DNA of 64,000 bases from Botryllus schlosseri (Eukaryota): positions 3,164,001 through 3,228,000 of the forward strand of contig CM119378.1 of assembly GCA_051294905.1 (NCBI GenBank), in the 5' to 3' direction. This document shows positions 1-13,400 of the stretch, piece by piece; within the stretch, counting starts at the first letter, position 1, and the number at the start of each line of letters is the position of its first letter. The position numbers and the translations under genes are program-made. Below the pieces are notes generated by a model. The model did not search any database. It had not been told where the DNA came from and was given only the letters and a program-made list of their open reading frames with translations.

Positions 1-771
1 ATCTCATACGATCAGTTGATTTGTGTTGATGCAGGAAATGACGGTCGCGTGTAGTGCCGAATGTGAAAGAAGACCTATCATCTTTAGACCAAGATTTCCC
101 AGATCACGTCCATACCATTGCCTTTATATTGACCAGAACAGTTGAATTCAACGCTAGATCGACATTTGAATGATTGATAGGCGTTGGATATGATAAAAGT
201 AACAATCATCACTTCCGGTCGACTTGGTGTAAGTGATTGACTAGCCACAGCTTAAAAACGATCACTCAAATTAGTCAAATATCTTTAAAATGAGTTATAA
301 CCACTGATCAACAAATATCAATGAAAAGGGGATGCGAATAAGTTAGTTTTTTACCGTGATTTCGAATATGCCCTGACATTTCTTTTTTGGCCGATCAGGT
401 TTTCGAGATGTTTACATATCAAATTTTCAATACAACACTATTATCCTCATTATGGGAAGATTCCGGGCTGTTACGTAATCCCACGAGGTAATTCCTGAAG
501 CATTTCATCTGTGTCCGACCGACAAGAAATGTTTAGCGAGTTGGATTAGCCTACGCGGTGCATTGAGCAGTTAATTCCAGATGTAGATAATGCTGCTGTG
601 CCGAACGTGTAAGTTGTATGCATCAGCAAAGTAACGTTTATAATCATTAAGAACATGCATGATCTATTGCTGTTATCAAAGCAGCAGGGTACATATGTTA
701 TTCGGCCGAGAAGTGTAGAGAAAATGGTGATTTCAAAATAACATTCAAAAGTTAAATCAGTGGAGTCACAC

Positions 772-834
772 CGGACGGTATAGCAGTTCCAGCTCATCAC
801 GAAACAAGGACTTTTGCGAATCATAAGACATATC
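772..834 (-). CDS. Candidate further CCDC88 exon (63 nt)
   Basis: Branch point CACTAAC ~17 nt upstream of caatcag|; encodes DMSYDSQKSLFRDELELLYRP|gtgtga; phase 0-0. Confidence 0.45.
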
Positions 835-1308
835 CTGATTGATTGGATATTGTTAGTGGGTTAAGACTAAAACAATTCACTTCCCTTGTTCACTTGTGGG
901 TCACGAACCCAATGATGACACCTGGCACAGGAAGAAACAGGGAGGACAGGACAGACGTGTGATATGTGCATGGAGTATGCAGAGTAGAATATACCATATC
1001 GTATCAATGTCTAGCCCGAATAGCATTCACACAAGCAGTGAGTTTCCGTCAACAAGCCCACGGTGCGAGATTCATGTCGTGACAGCATCGTTCAATCACG
1101 CAGTTCAAATCAAGCATAAAAGCACATTCATGTAGCAGACGCATCTCTGCTAAGAATTGGCTTGAGCACAAAAAGGAAAGCATCTCACACGCGAGTAATT
1201 ACAGTATCGTAGTCGCCCAAAAATAAATTTCGGCCAACCATCTCAATCCACGCACAAGTGACCACAACGCGAAACACGCAATCGCAAAACACAGTGCCAA
1301 CGCCGAAC

Positions 1309-1461
1309 CTCTATGGTTGGATTTTCATTTTTTTTCTTGACCGGCGCGATTTCGAATTGCTCTTCCAGAAATTGCTCCAACGAAATCATTTCACTCCCGG
1401 GACTGCCGGCCCTAGCGCCGCCAGCCTCCCGTACATTCCCGTCGTGCGATTCTGTCGAGCT
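1309..1461 (-). CDS. CCDC88C: CCDC88 exon encoding the second GBA motif
   Basis: tctcag|[51 protein letters not shown]|gttcgg; very close to the Girdin GBA context GSPGSEVVTLQQFLEE. Confidence 0.85.
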
Positions 1462-4400
1462 CTGAGATTCGCAAGCGATCAACCACAAGATACACACGCG
1501 AATCAACATGATTGTTAATATATACATGAGTACGTTGTTGTGTACATTGATATGTGGCAAGAAGAGAGAGTTGCATGTTCGCGCGACGTATGAATACATG
1601 TTTGTGTGTAGAAACGAAGAATGGAACGAAAAAAGATAAAACAAAACGTTAATATCATAAAATCCAGAAAAAACGGCAACCAAAACCATGATTTTATGAT
1701 ACAACACACACCGTTAACTTGCGGCGTTTCGACGGCTTTTTTTCTGTTTCAAATAGCAACCGCGAATTGTTAGTAAGCACCAAACCGGGAACACTGTCAT
1801 GAAAACTCTATTGCTACGATGTAACTTGAAGCTGCCTCACAGAGCAGCTAGTATTCTATGAATCCAGTAATGGGTTCATTGTGCATTGACCTCGAAGCCT
1901 TCAATACACAACAGGCCTCGAATCTTACGAGAACAACACGGGACAGAATGCGCCCTTTCAGTGTGTATGATCAATTTACGGAATTGACACGGGAGGCGTT
2001 TCTGTGACAAATGGCAGGGTTGAAGCTGTCAACAAATTCTAGTTGGTAATAACTTAGTAGCAGCATAATGCATAGTGAATAAACGCAAGGTCGTTGGGCC
2101 GACGGGGCGGCGCTATTGTATGCCTCGTAAAAGTTACGCAGTGCATAATATACTACATGAAAACCGTTTGCTTCAAATTGAACAATCTGAACAAATCCTA
2201 CAGGAATTAGAGGCATTCTGCACACAAAACTGTCTACTTTTAGTATTCGCAATTACAACAACTAGAGCCCGACCGATTATACCGGTTCGCCGATATTGCC
2301 CTTTGAAATAGTGATGTGAGGTAGAAAATGTTGCCAATTTTCGTGATGTCACAACACGGTACTAGGAAATCGCTGTACCATCATCTATAAAATAAAGTTG
2401 TTTTTGAACAACCCTAATGTACAAACAGAGCACGGCTGTAGAGCTATTCGAATAAAAGTTGAAGTTTTTGAAATGCGCCTTAAGATAGGTGTCATATCCT
2501 CTGACTATACACGGTCAATATATCAGGGTTATAAGCGAAGGTTCTATCGGTATCAGTCGAGCTCTAATTACAACACAGCAGCTGGACGCCAAATCTAACT
2601 CTATCGCAAACTGCAAATTACTACGAGCGAACCAAACGTTTCGAGTGTCACGCCACTCCTACATTCAGACCTGGCGTTTGACTTGAACCGTGGCGGGTGA
2701 CCCTGGACCGCTCGGAGACCTCACCACGAACACCATGGTTTCGTTTTTCATATCCTGGGCAATAGCGGGCGACCGTTCTGACCCCCTCGATAGTGGCCGA
2801 TTCGAGGACGGGCTGCCAGTATTAGGGGGACTTCTGCGTGACATATCTAACTGGTCTTGTTGCAATGAACTCAAGTCAAGCCGCGGGGGCTTACGTTTAG
2901 AGGGTGACGAGGGGGCCGAATCAGGGGTGTCACTAGCGCGGGCCGACTTGAGCGGGGAGTAACGACTCGACGCGGAACTGGGACTCGATAACTTCTGGGG
3001 AGACCATTTATCGGACGGTGACATGGGTGAGGTGAGAGGAGGTTTGGTAGGGGGCGAAGTCACGGTTCTTCTATCCTGTTTGTAAGAAAACGTATATTTT
3101 CCGAGAATCGCATTTTGAAATTTTTTTCATCCCACCCACATGCATAATTTTCACATAGCAATGCCCCGAAAATTCTCAATTCCCCAAACAAACTTCTTTT
3201 TCACCTCCCCGAGCCCCAATCAACGTAAGAATTGGGTCTAGCTTACTTTCTCATTTGAATCGAGAAATGTTTCCCATGACCATCGACAATCAATGTTCCC
3301 TGTGAGCATGTCAGAAATGTCGGTGTTTCACGTGATCATCAACCGTGTTCTCCACAAGCTAGATTTTTGATGCATCTAATTCAGAAGTTAATTCAAAATC
3401 TAAGTTTTTGTGGAACCAGTAATTTTAATTATAATTTAATTTGAAATAGCTGAATATTTCTGAATCGTCCAACCCTGCAAGTCGGAGATCCATGTGTTCA
3501 TAATTGGTTTACGGTATCATAGAAGCATTCATAAACATGACCCTGACCCTAACCCCATCACTAAACCCTAACCTATTATAGCGTAGATAGGAATGTCTGG
3601 GAAAGACAGTACACTTGTGATCTTCCCCTAATACACCAGGCCACCCATTCTAGAGAACACAGTTTATAATCACAGACAACACTGATAGGGGATGGTCCTA
3701 GGTGTTACTTCTCGATGTGGGTCAGAAAGTGCGCAGGACCCAAAGAATCAAGGTTCGGGTTAGTAAGTCACATCGCCGCAATGTGACGGAGGTAGATTGA
3801 CCCCTCGCTCGCACTTCTTACCATCAAATCAACATCTCTCGATATCCTTTCGCGGTGACCTGCGCCGCACAGGTTAAAATGAAGAGAATTCTGGTAAAAT
3901 TAACACCAGAATGGACTGCGGAAGAACAAATCTAGCTAGACTGGCGATAATACTTGAGAGAGGGTTCCGATATTCCCAACACACAAGGTATCAACCTGTA
4001 TTACCTAACGGCATATGCTCTGCCGAGTGACATAGATTTGGCGATGTAATCGAAATATTAAAACTCAAGTGAAATACTATGCCTTAACAGTGGATCATAA
4101 GCGATTTTGGCTTTATAAAGTGCCCAAGTAGCAATGACATACAAAGGATGGAGGATACCTCAAGCCATCATCTCCAAAGGACAAAATTAGTTGGGTTATA
4201 TTGTCAATAATTAAATTGATTAAATCCAAATATTTGCGCCCCCATTGATGATTTTGGCGACAAGAATACATTGTTTACTGCAATTTTGAAATCCTGCACC
4301 CCAAGTAGCGTAAGAAAGAAAAACTGTACCGATTTCTTGGCTTTATTTTCTTCCAGGAATTGATGAAGTGAAATCCTGTCACCAGTCGCACTGCGCGCTG

Positions 4401-7400
4401 TATCTTCACTGCTAGCGCTGCTTAGACGTCCTGAAGGCGAGAGTTTTATATTTACAATGCTTTCAACGTCGCAGCAATGATTTCAAGGTTCTGATTCCAA
4501 TGAAGCGCTCAATTACGAAGAACAATATTACAACCACAGAAAAATCCCCAAACAACAAGGACTAGGTGCCGACCCGTGATATTTGCTTCAATTCTAATAG
4601 GATAGCTTTTGAAGTATTCTTTAGTATCATATCGCACATAGTTTTTCTAAAACTGGTACAGTTACAAACCTGTTATTCCAGAGTCAGGAACTGTGAGGTT
4701 GCCATCTTGTTTGGCTTCGTTCTTTCTGAGCGGTGTGGCCACTGTGCACAGATGCATAAAGATGTGACATGGGCCAGATAACATATACGACAATCGTTTT
4801 TATGCGAAACAAGAAATTTTCCCAAATCATGCACAAAAGCACCAAATCCTGTTCACATCGCCAGCAAAGTGTCGATTTGTGGGGCTTCTTAGTGTATCAA
4901 AGATCGTTAGAGCTAGATTACTTTCAGTAGAAAAGATTCTCGAGAGACCACAGAGAAAATTGAGAGACGGAGCAGCACTTCTAAAGCATTTGGTTAACGC
5001 CCACTAAGCTGGCTTTGTGAACAGATCGCGATTGTTATCTACACACAAATCTTGAGGCTACGCTCAAAAACTACGGCATTGGCAAATTCAGTAAAAAATA
5101 CAAGATAGTGGGTCACCATGTATTTACGCGGTGCACATGCCTCTACAGAAACCTCAAAAACCATCACTGTGCTCATGCGTTTTCAATTCATAAATAGGCT
5201 ACAAATATTCAAGAATGTGGAATATCTAGTATTTAGTGTCAACAAAATCTAGCTTGATTTACATACTTGGAATGTATCGTAAGTTATAGCATATTACGTT
5301 TGTGTTTAGGCAGACAAGTTTATACGGATGTTGCCCAATGTATCCAAATCATAAATCCTTAAAAAATAGGTCAGTAACTGGTGCCATTGTCGTAAATACA
5401 ATGCAAGTCGAGTCACTATAAGTTTTGAAAGGAAAAACACAATTCAAGCGGCCTGGTATTATTGAGAAATCTTTCCATTGACAGACTAAATCTTAACCAC
5501 GGCAGAAGTCCCAGTATAGTGGTTCTAGGATCAGAAAACCACAAATATTGAACACAACAAAGTGCCGTCTCAAAGCACGCCGTGGACCGACACACGTGCA
5601 GTGCGTACGGAACCTGAAAGTCTAGACCTCTGGCACGTCGGACAGGGCACGCGACAAAGAACTGGACCCATGTCGTCAATCAAATCATCATATTCATCTG
5701 AAGTAAATCGGCAGCGTTATGTTAACGTGAATGTCGTGCATTCGATTTTGTGTCCTGGACCGTCAACATATTATGGAAATGAAACGTCAAGATCATAGCT
5801 GATAATGCCTAGTCGATATCACACGGCGATAGAGATATCAGCCATTAGGAGATAAAAAATATCGGCGATTTTCGTGACGTCACTGCATGATAGTAGGGAG
5901 TTACAGAAATATAATCTGTTACCGCTAAATTAGAGATATTGATATAGTTCTGGACTGGTAGCTTACAGGCGTACGATGCACCCATCATGGTTTATTCCGT
6001 CTCCAAGTATAGAAATGGCTGTTAAGCTGTACAAATGAATGCTCTGAAATTTTGTGTGCCTTAAGCTAGATGCCATATCTTATGAATATTGACGGAATAT
6101 ATCGCGGTTACAGGTGAGGGTGCCCAAAAATCCAATATATGACGGGTTTTACCAAGATGTCCCACAACAAAGTAAAAAAACTAGAGCTATCAGCATGATA
6201 TGATGAATCATCGCCTTGATTCGGCAAGCAAAATTATTCGATTCAAACAGCTTCCACAAATCACAAGTGTCTCAGATTGCGGCAAACTTATGACATACAG
6301 CAGCAACAAAATGCCACAGACAAGACATTCGACACGGAGCCGCGGAAATTAGGAGCGAAAACGTCAGCTCCCGAGTGAAAAATTTACAGTCCTTGCCTTC
6401 GGTGCCGGCCGAGCTCGCTTCGGTATCGGTCGCGGAATGAGACGCCCGCCAAATATCCTCGGTCGATTGGAAATCTGTCCATGCGCAAAAATCGTTTTTC
6501 ATTTTACAACTAATCGGACTCGTGTGCCATGCGCGACATGCAGATGAAGCAGCCGAGACGTGCGAATGCTGCAGCGTCACAAAGGTGTGATTTTGGCAAA
6601 GGAGTGCAAGCCAACATTTTCATATTGATGATTTGATTAAATTCTGAATAGAGTATTAGCCTTCGAGTCGAGTATTGAAGTTTCACTCCTTACGACGTCA
6701 TTGTGATATGAAAGACGTGGACAGTTCGAATATATACCTTTCATGCTGACACATAGGGCTATTCAAACATAACTTTTTTCAAATTTTATTGGCTACTCGA
6801 TAATCGTCAGGTTACCTGACCAGCCAGTAAAATTTGAAAAAAATGTTATTTTTGGGCAGTCCTGTGCCACGAACAATATAACAGAGAATTTGGTATTTTT
6901 TTGGTCATACCACATTCGTCGCACTTCGTGGGTAGATCATGACTTTGCAAATATGTCATTTCCACTAAACCGGTAATATGCGAAGCTTTGTACGCAGTTT
7001 TCGTAAGTTGCGATACAGACAATAGAAGTTTTTTACGGCTTCCACAGTGGAAAACGCTTTCGAAATTATCATATTCGATGATACATAAACTCTAGTGGCC
7101 ACGAGAGCATAACTTCAGTACTCAAAAGAATCATCTCGACACGAAGTATCAAAACTGATACTCAATTCAGATTTTTGTACTCGTACCCCTGTGTTCAGCT
7201 CTAGTGTTAAATGGAAGCTTTCAAAAAAAGACAAATCGGCATTCGCCAATTCTTTACCGAAGACGACAGAGACAGATAACTGTAACGTAGCAAAAGTAGA
7301 TCGGAAAGTGTGAATCAAAAATGCAGAGCACTCCAAACAATCACAATCACGAAACGATTGAGACCAGAGTTCAGCACGCCGGATGAACGAAGCCCTTCGC

Positions 7401-10400
7401 AAACGAAGTTTTCATCCATACCCAACCCACTGGTGACAGTTTATTATTGAAGAATACCCACAAAATCACATGCAGCAGTACAAACATGCAGTGAAAATGA
7501 ATGCAAAGGTTGAAAAAGTATTTTGGCACAGTGAGATAGTAAGATGAAAAAACACACCAGCGATGAAACTTTGAGAACAAATAGCCCATGTACAAGAAGC
7601 TCACTAGAACATTAAAAAAGGACGCCAAATTATGAAGATTATTTAAGTCACCTCGTGACAAATTAGTCACAGGGAAAGCTTGTCTCACGTAGTTTTCAAT
7701 ACGTCAGACACAGATCGAACATACTGTGACACCATCAGATCAAAAGTCGAATGGATTACGAGCATTTTTTCATTTCTGTACACTGTAAAGTCACCTTGAA
7801 TCTCAAAGCCACATACATCATATGTGATATGCGATGTAAGTATACTAAGTATGCGGTACCACAAAAGCATGAGGCGGTACGCTAATGCAATTCATATCAC
7901 AGTATGAACACATCGCTTGATGCCGTCATCAAGCTTCACACCACCAAAAGCTTGTTAACAGTATCAATTGAATGAGCACCCACAGATGACATTATGCTTC
8001 TGTATCGTGAAAAAATAGCGGTACCTTTCAATTGCGAACCGTCACCCGCCGCTCCGTTTGCAGAGGACAGGGCGTGGAGAGCGTTTGTGGAGTAGGCCAT
8101 GCCTCCCCCGAGACGTGATCTGCGTTTGGAGTCCTTTGAAAGATCTCTCTCAACTGAAAACAGAATTAAGATGTCTCATTGCGACGCTGATATCTATGCG
8201 ATTGATTAAATGGCATCGAGTCTCTGAGCTTATTTGACATCCTAAAAATATACTTCAATATTATACTCAACTGCAAAATATTAAAGAGGTTGAATGCTCG
8301 TCCATCAATTATAGAAATACAGCACCAATCTTTAAACTGATTTAGAAATTTTGAGCGTAATTCAAAACTCTTTCAGACATAATATAAAATTCATGTTCTA
8401 CTTCTACTTATCCTATGTCACAAATTGTGACTCACAATGCTGCAATTGTTGTACATGTGAAAGATTTAGTGACGAATTTCAACATTGCAATTCAGAGTCA
8501 TTTGACAGCATAACAGAATCTAGCAAACAGCGAAGTCGCATCTCTTACAAAAGAAACCCAACAGACAATTTTGAGTTGGTTGCATCAAGTGGATTTTGCC
8601 TTACATAAACTTAAACAGCACCACACATAAAGACAGTATGAAATTTCTCATTAGAAATAACTTTCCTATTCTTTTGTTCATACATTCTGGTTTGATTCTA
8701 ATTTGTTAAAGTTCACCGGTTCGCAAAATTTGATCTTTTTTTGCGATTTAACATACCACTTCATCTCACTTAAAATTGCAACACAGGATTTGCACAAAAT
8801 ACATACCGCATAAGTGACCAGAGTCACAACATCTCCATTGAAATATAACTAAAAGATACAGCTCGTGAAAATTCATACACCAAATATCTACCACAAGACA
8901 ACACACCAGGAAATGTGAAAATTGCATGCCGAAAGAGAATACTACGCAATTGTTATATTGTTTAGTGAGAGGCTTGAGTATTTTGTCACTTAGTCACGTA
9001 AAAACAATAGCGCATGTGTGTATCATTGATGCAGAAATGGTGTAAGAAATACTCTACGTCACAATTCACACACCGTAAGCGAAACTGGGGTTAGGACATC
9101 ACATGGTAATGAAATGTATAACTAACATGTCCGTGGTGTGCAATGTTATTATTAAACCGACGCATGTTATACCGTGTCACAACTGACAATAAACCAGTTT
9201 AACTGTGATAATCCTACATGCATTAGTAAGCACCAACCAGCATTCACACATGATAGCATACGCTACACGAAACCCAAGATACTCATTATAGAAATGTTAG
9301 CTCAGTCACACAAAAACACCTAGTACAATCATGCCAAGCCTGAAAGTGAGTGACGACGCGTCACTTTTCTAGAAATTCATACCTCAAAAGGCGACCCGAA
9401 TATTCATAATATGCATGTAATAGCAAGATTTCTTTTGCAGGAAGCAGTATCGTTTGTAAGGCTAGTGAATTGAGTGTTTGGCTTCAATTCGAGCATCACT
9501 CACTATGACATAATAACGGAGTAAATGACTTGAAAAGTACAAATATTCATCAATGTAGGTAGATATTTCAAGTCTTTCATTCAAAAAGTAGTAATTTACA
9601 TTGTAGCCTAGGTTATCCATCGATGTTTGCAATATCATGCCTTCATATCGCATACAAGATCCAATCAACCAGTAACAAGCATTCCATGCGATGTGCAGGT
9701 TACAGTTACTGTTCCACCAGTGAAAAAGCAAGGGGCCACCCCCACGAAAGAGGGTGTGTTCGTGGGGCTTCCTTACGTGTGTACGATCCTCTTTTGTGTA
9801 CGGGGTAAAGGCGTCGCAGTTGGTTAAACAATTTCAAATTTTTCCTCACTCTTCGGTACGACGGAGCTAGAGAGACACGGCGACGCAAACACACAATGAT
9901 AATGTTAGTGACCTGACAAGGTCTCTGTCTAATGAACGAAACATTTCCAGGCAGTACGCTATGAATACCAGACATTCATAGGATGTTGAATCATTCAGTG
10001 TGTTAGAACAGTCTTACGAACGCAGACATGCCTGGCGTGGGTGACCAATACAAAAATCATACGTACTAACCAAAATAGACTAAAACTAGGTATTAGGTAC
10101 CAAACTTCAATATCGCAATAATCAATATGTTCGGTCACTGAATGAATTGCCTAAAAAAATGCTGCACACCGAACTTGGCTCAATTTCAAGCGGTAGATGT
10201 GAAAATTTTGTTATTTATTATATAAAAAATTTGATTTTTTTTCAAATTTTACTGTCAACCCCATGAAATTATCAAGTTGTCTAAAAGAACGGTATATACC
10301 AAAATTATTTCTTAACTTGGAATACCGTTAACCGCATTCACTAATGTTGACTTCTGATGAGAGTCAGTCGAAAAGCTTAGGGTGAAATAAATTAGACAAT

Positions 10401-13400
10401 ATGAACATATTAACTGCTGCGGTATGTTCAAAAGTTATCACACTGTAAATTTTCGACAACAATATTTGTCAACGACGCTATTGCTAAACGTTCTGTCGGA
10501 TTTCAAAACAACGCTACCAAGTTACTAAAAATAAAAATAACGAGATCTACCGTCTACCATCCTGAATCAGAAGCTAAATATATGCATACCGTATATATGC
10601 TGGGTTGCCATCGACACGGATCAAAAACTAAGGAGAACCAAAACTCCGCAGTTCAACTGCATAATTTGTAAACTGATGACTAAAAAATAACATAATCACT
10701 TTAGGCCAGTTGTAATCATGACCTTAGTGTCGAATATAGGAGCTCGCATTGAAAATAAAGACAAATCTTAGATAAAAGGATGGTATGACAACCCTGCATA
10801 TATAATTATATATAGAGAGAGTAAAAAATGATTATAGAAAGAGTATAAGCAATCACAATTCAACGGTAGTGCACTACAAAAAGCTAATATGATGTAACAT
10901 TCAATAATTTGACGAACAAACAATAAATTAGGAAAATGAAATGTATCATTTCAATTAAAACAGAAAAAATAGTTGAAAGAAAGACTGCAGCTTAAACAAT
11001 TCAAAGAAATTCAAATAATTTTCGCCTCATTCGTACAAGATTCCAACAAAAGACATCAATTGCTGTAATTTTCCCCACTCACCAGCGCTCTGCTTCCTGG
11101 GCGGATTCTCGCTCGAATTGGAACCGACCGATTCGTTGTCCGGGTCTGTCGTTTTCGCCAAGTCCGCCGAGCCCGCGGAGCCCTGCCGGACGAAGGACGC
11201 GTCCGAGCTTCTCGGAGACGACCCGGGCAGCTTGGAGGTAGAGGTGGCGGGCGGCAGGCCGTCTCGCTTGCGTCGGTTCTCGCTGCCCTTGCCCAGATTC
11301 TGTAGCGTTTTCTTAAGAGTTGCTCCCAGGCCTGAAAGTAAATACAGATGTGATGTTTCAAAAATAAGGGGGGTGTTTAATTCCCGCTGAAAACTGGTGT
11401 TGTAACAGAGGAAGAGAGCAAAAGATGTATTTACTGGGTATCAATCCTGATTATAACGATTATAATGATATGGTTCATCGACAGTGCAAACAGCTACGAT
11501 ACAAACGAAATGCTGGTTGCAAAAAATGTTGACTTAGTACACAATTTTGACAATTTTTTGACCTAACGCTACAATTTTGACAAAATTTTGACTGATTTTG
11601 ACAAGTCGAAAAAATATGCCCTAGTGATTACAAACAGAAGTCAGCACATTCGAGAGCGACAACACCAGGTCGTAAAGCACTGCTTCAGTGTGACAAGCTT
11701 GCCATTCACCCTTGCCTACCTTTTAATACAGGTGCTTATGTACTGGTGCAACCCATGCATATTTTGATGCATATTAGAGACACTGATGTAGGTAACACAT
11801 ACGTAAACCAATTCTACATAATCACAGAAAATGTAACGGGTGTGAATGTAACCAACCAGAAATTTACTATAATGTTAGTACTTAGACTTTACACTATAGA
11901 TATTTTCACATGTCTACCTCTCTTTTTGGGTGGCGATGGACCAGGAGTACGGTAGAGATCCATGATCTTCTCCTCCAGCTTCTCTTTCTGCCTCCGAATC
12001 TCTTGCATCCGTTCGCTGAAAAACGACAAACAGTTTAACTAAACACATCTACGTTTCCGTCGTACTCAATTATGTTAGCAAGTATGCTTTTGGATTACTT
12101 CCACTTCTACATAATACTAGGAAAACCAATATTTACATTTTTGATTTTAAAAGTAGACAGTGGTTTTGGAGTAAGTTTGCAACACTTTTACGAGCAGAAA
12201 TCGTCTTAATAACTACGTGAAAATTCTCGAAGATTCTACCTACTTGCAGCTTTGCTAGTCATTTCGAATTACTCAAATTAGTCTTCACCCTTTCGCCGCG
12301 GGTGGATCCTAGAGGATCCATGCACAGTTTTTCACAAACATGCTTCAATCAATTAACGACATCTTGCGTTGTAGGGGTCATAAACGGTGACAATGATGGT
12401 CTATAAATAGCGATTGTCGATACGCATACGACCAGCTATATACAACCCATTGCCTTATGGCATAACCTGTTCAAAATACAGATTGAAGACAGAAAAACCT
12501 TTCCCGCAAAATACAATGTGTAGCTCAGTTCGCCTGAATGAACGCTAATCTTATAATTCCTTATATCTTCCGTTCTACACGTCGTAAGCAGACACAGTTG
12601 TCGTTTTAGAGTAGTTGTTGATCGCAAGAGTTCATTGCAACCATAATATCGGGAATTAGTTGGATAGAACACGCTTCAAATTGGTGTGAAATAAAGCAAT
12701 ATTCTGTTACGTGAAAAATGCCGCACACGTATGAGCATTGCCACATAAGGCCATATACATTCACTTACGATTGTCTTATACAGTTGAATGTCACACACAT
12801 AGTTAGATGCAGTCCATAACACTTCAACAAGATCAGTATCACGAAGGTTGGTCTTATATAAGTTACACGACCCCAGTGCTAAACACTGCAGACATGGGTG
12901 TGTAAGTTGGCGCGAGTGTACGGTACTCGCGCCTGTAAACAACATCATACAGACAGTTGAATCATCCGTTTTATATGTTATACAAAGTTACTGTAGACTT
13001 CAATGAATAGATGTTGATCATATGCCCATAAACTGACGAACCTGTATCGGACATTCGATGTGTAGAACACGTTTCAAATTGATATGAAATGAAGCAACAA
13101 GAGAAATCGCGCGCCTATGAGAAATGTCAAACAAGGCTAATATATTTACTTACGATGGCCTTGTGCAGTTGCAAATTGAACATTTTGTTAGTTATGTACG
13201 ATCAATAGTATCTGTAAGATCAGTAACATGGATTTGAACTTGTATAACTGGACCAGGCAAAGCCGAATAAACACGAATTACAACGCGCGTTGCCTCTATC
13301 GCGATGACGTAATCAGCGGCGGCCGTGAGTAACGCTTATAACGAAAACTTCCCAGTCGCGGTGCGCTCAACTGCGTAAAGATTTCAAGCTCAGTAATGTC

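Noticed and set aside
3539..3574. Interstitial telomeric repeat
   Set aside because: Only a few degenerate CCCTAA units (also at ~21360-21395); more likely repeat-element remnants.
7689..7782. CCDC88 exon ending [11 protein letters not shown]
   Set aside because: Its end phase is incompatible with the downstream exons.
8756..8769. 12-nt microexon (ttttaag|TGAGATGAAGTG|gtatgt)
   Set aside because: In the required phase it contains TGA; there is no support beyond the splice-like motifs.
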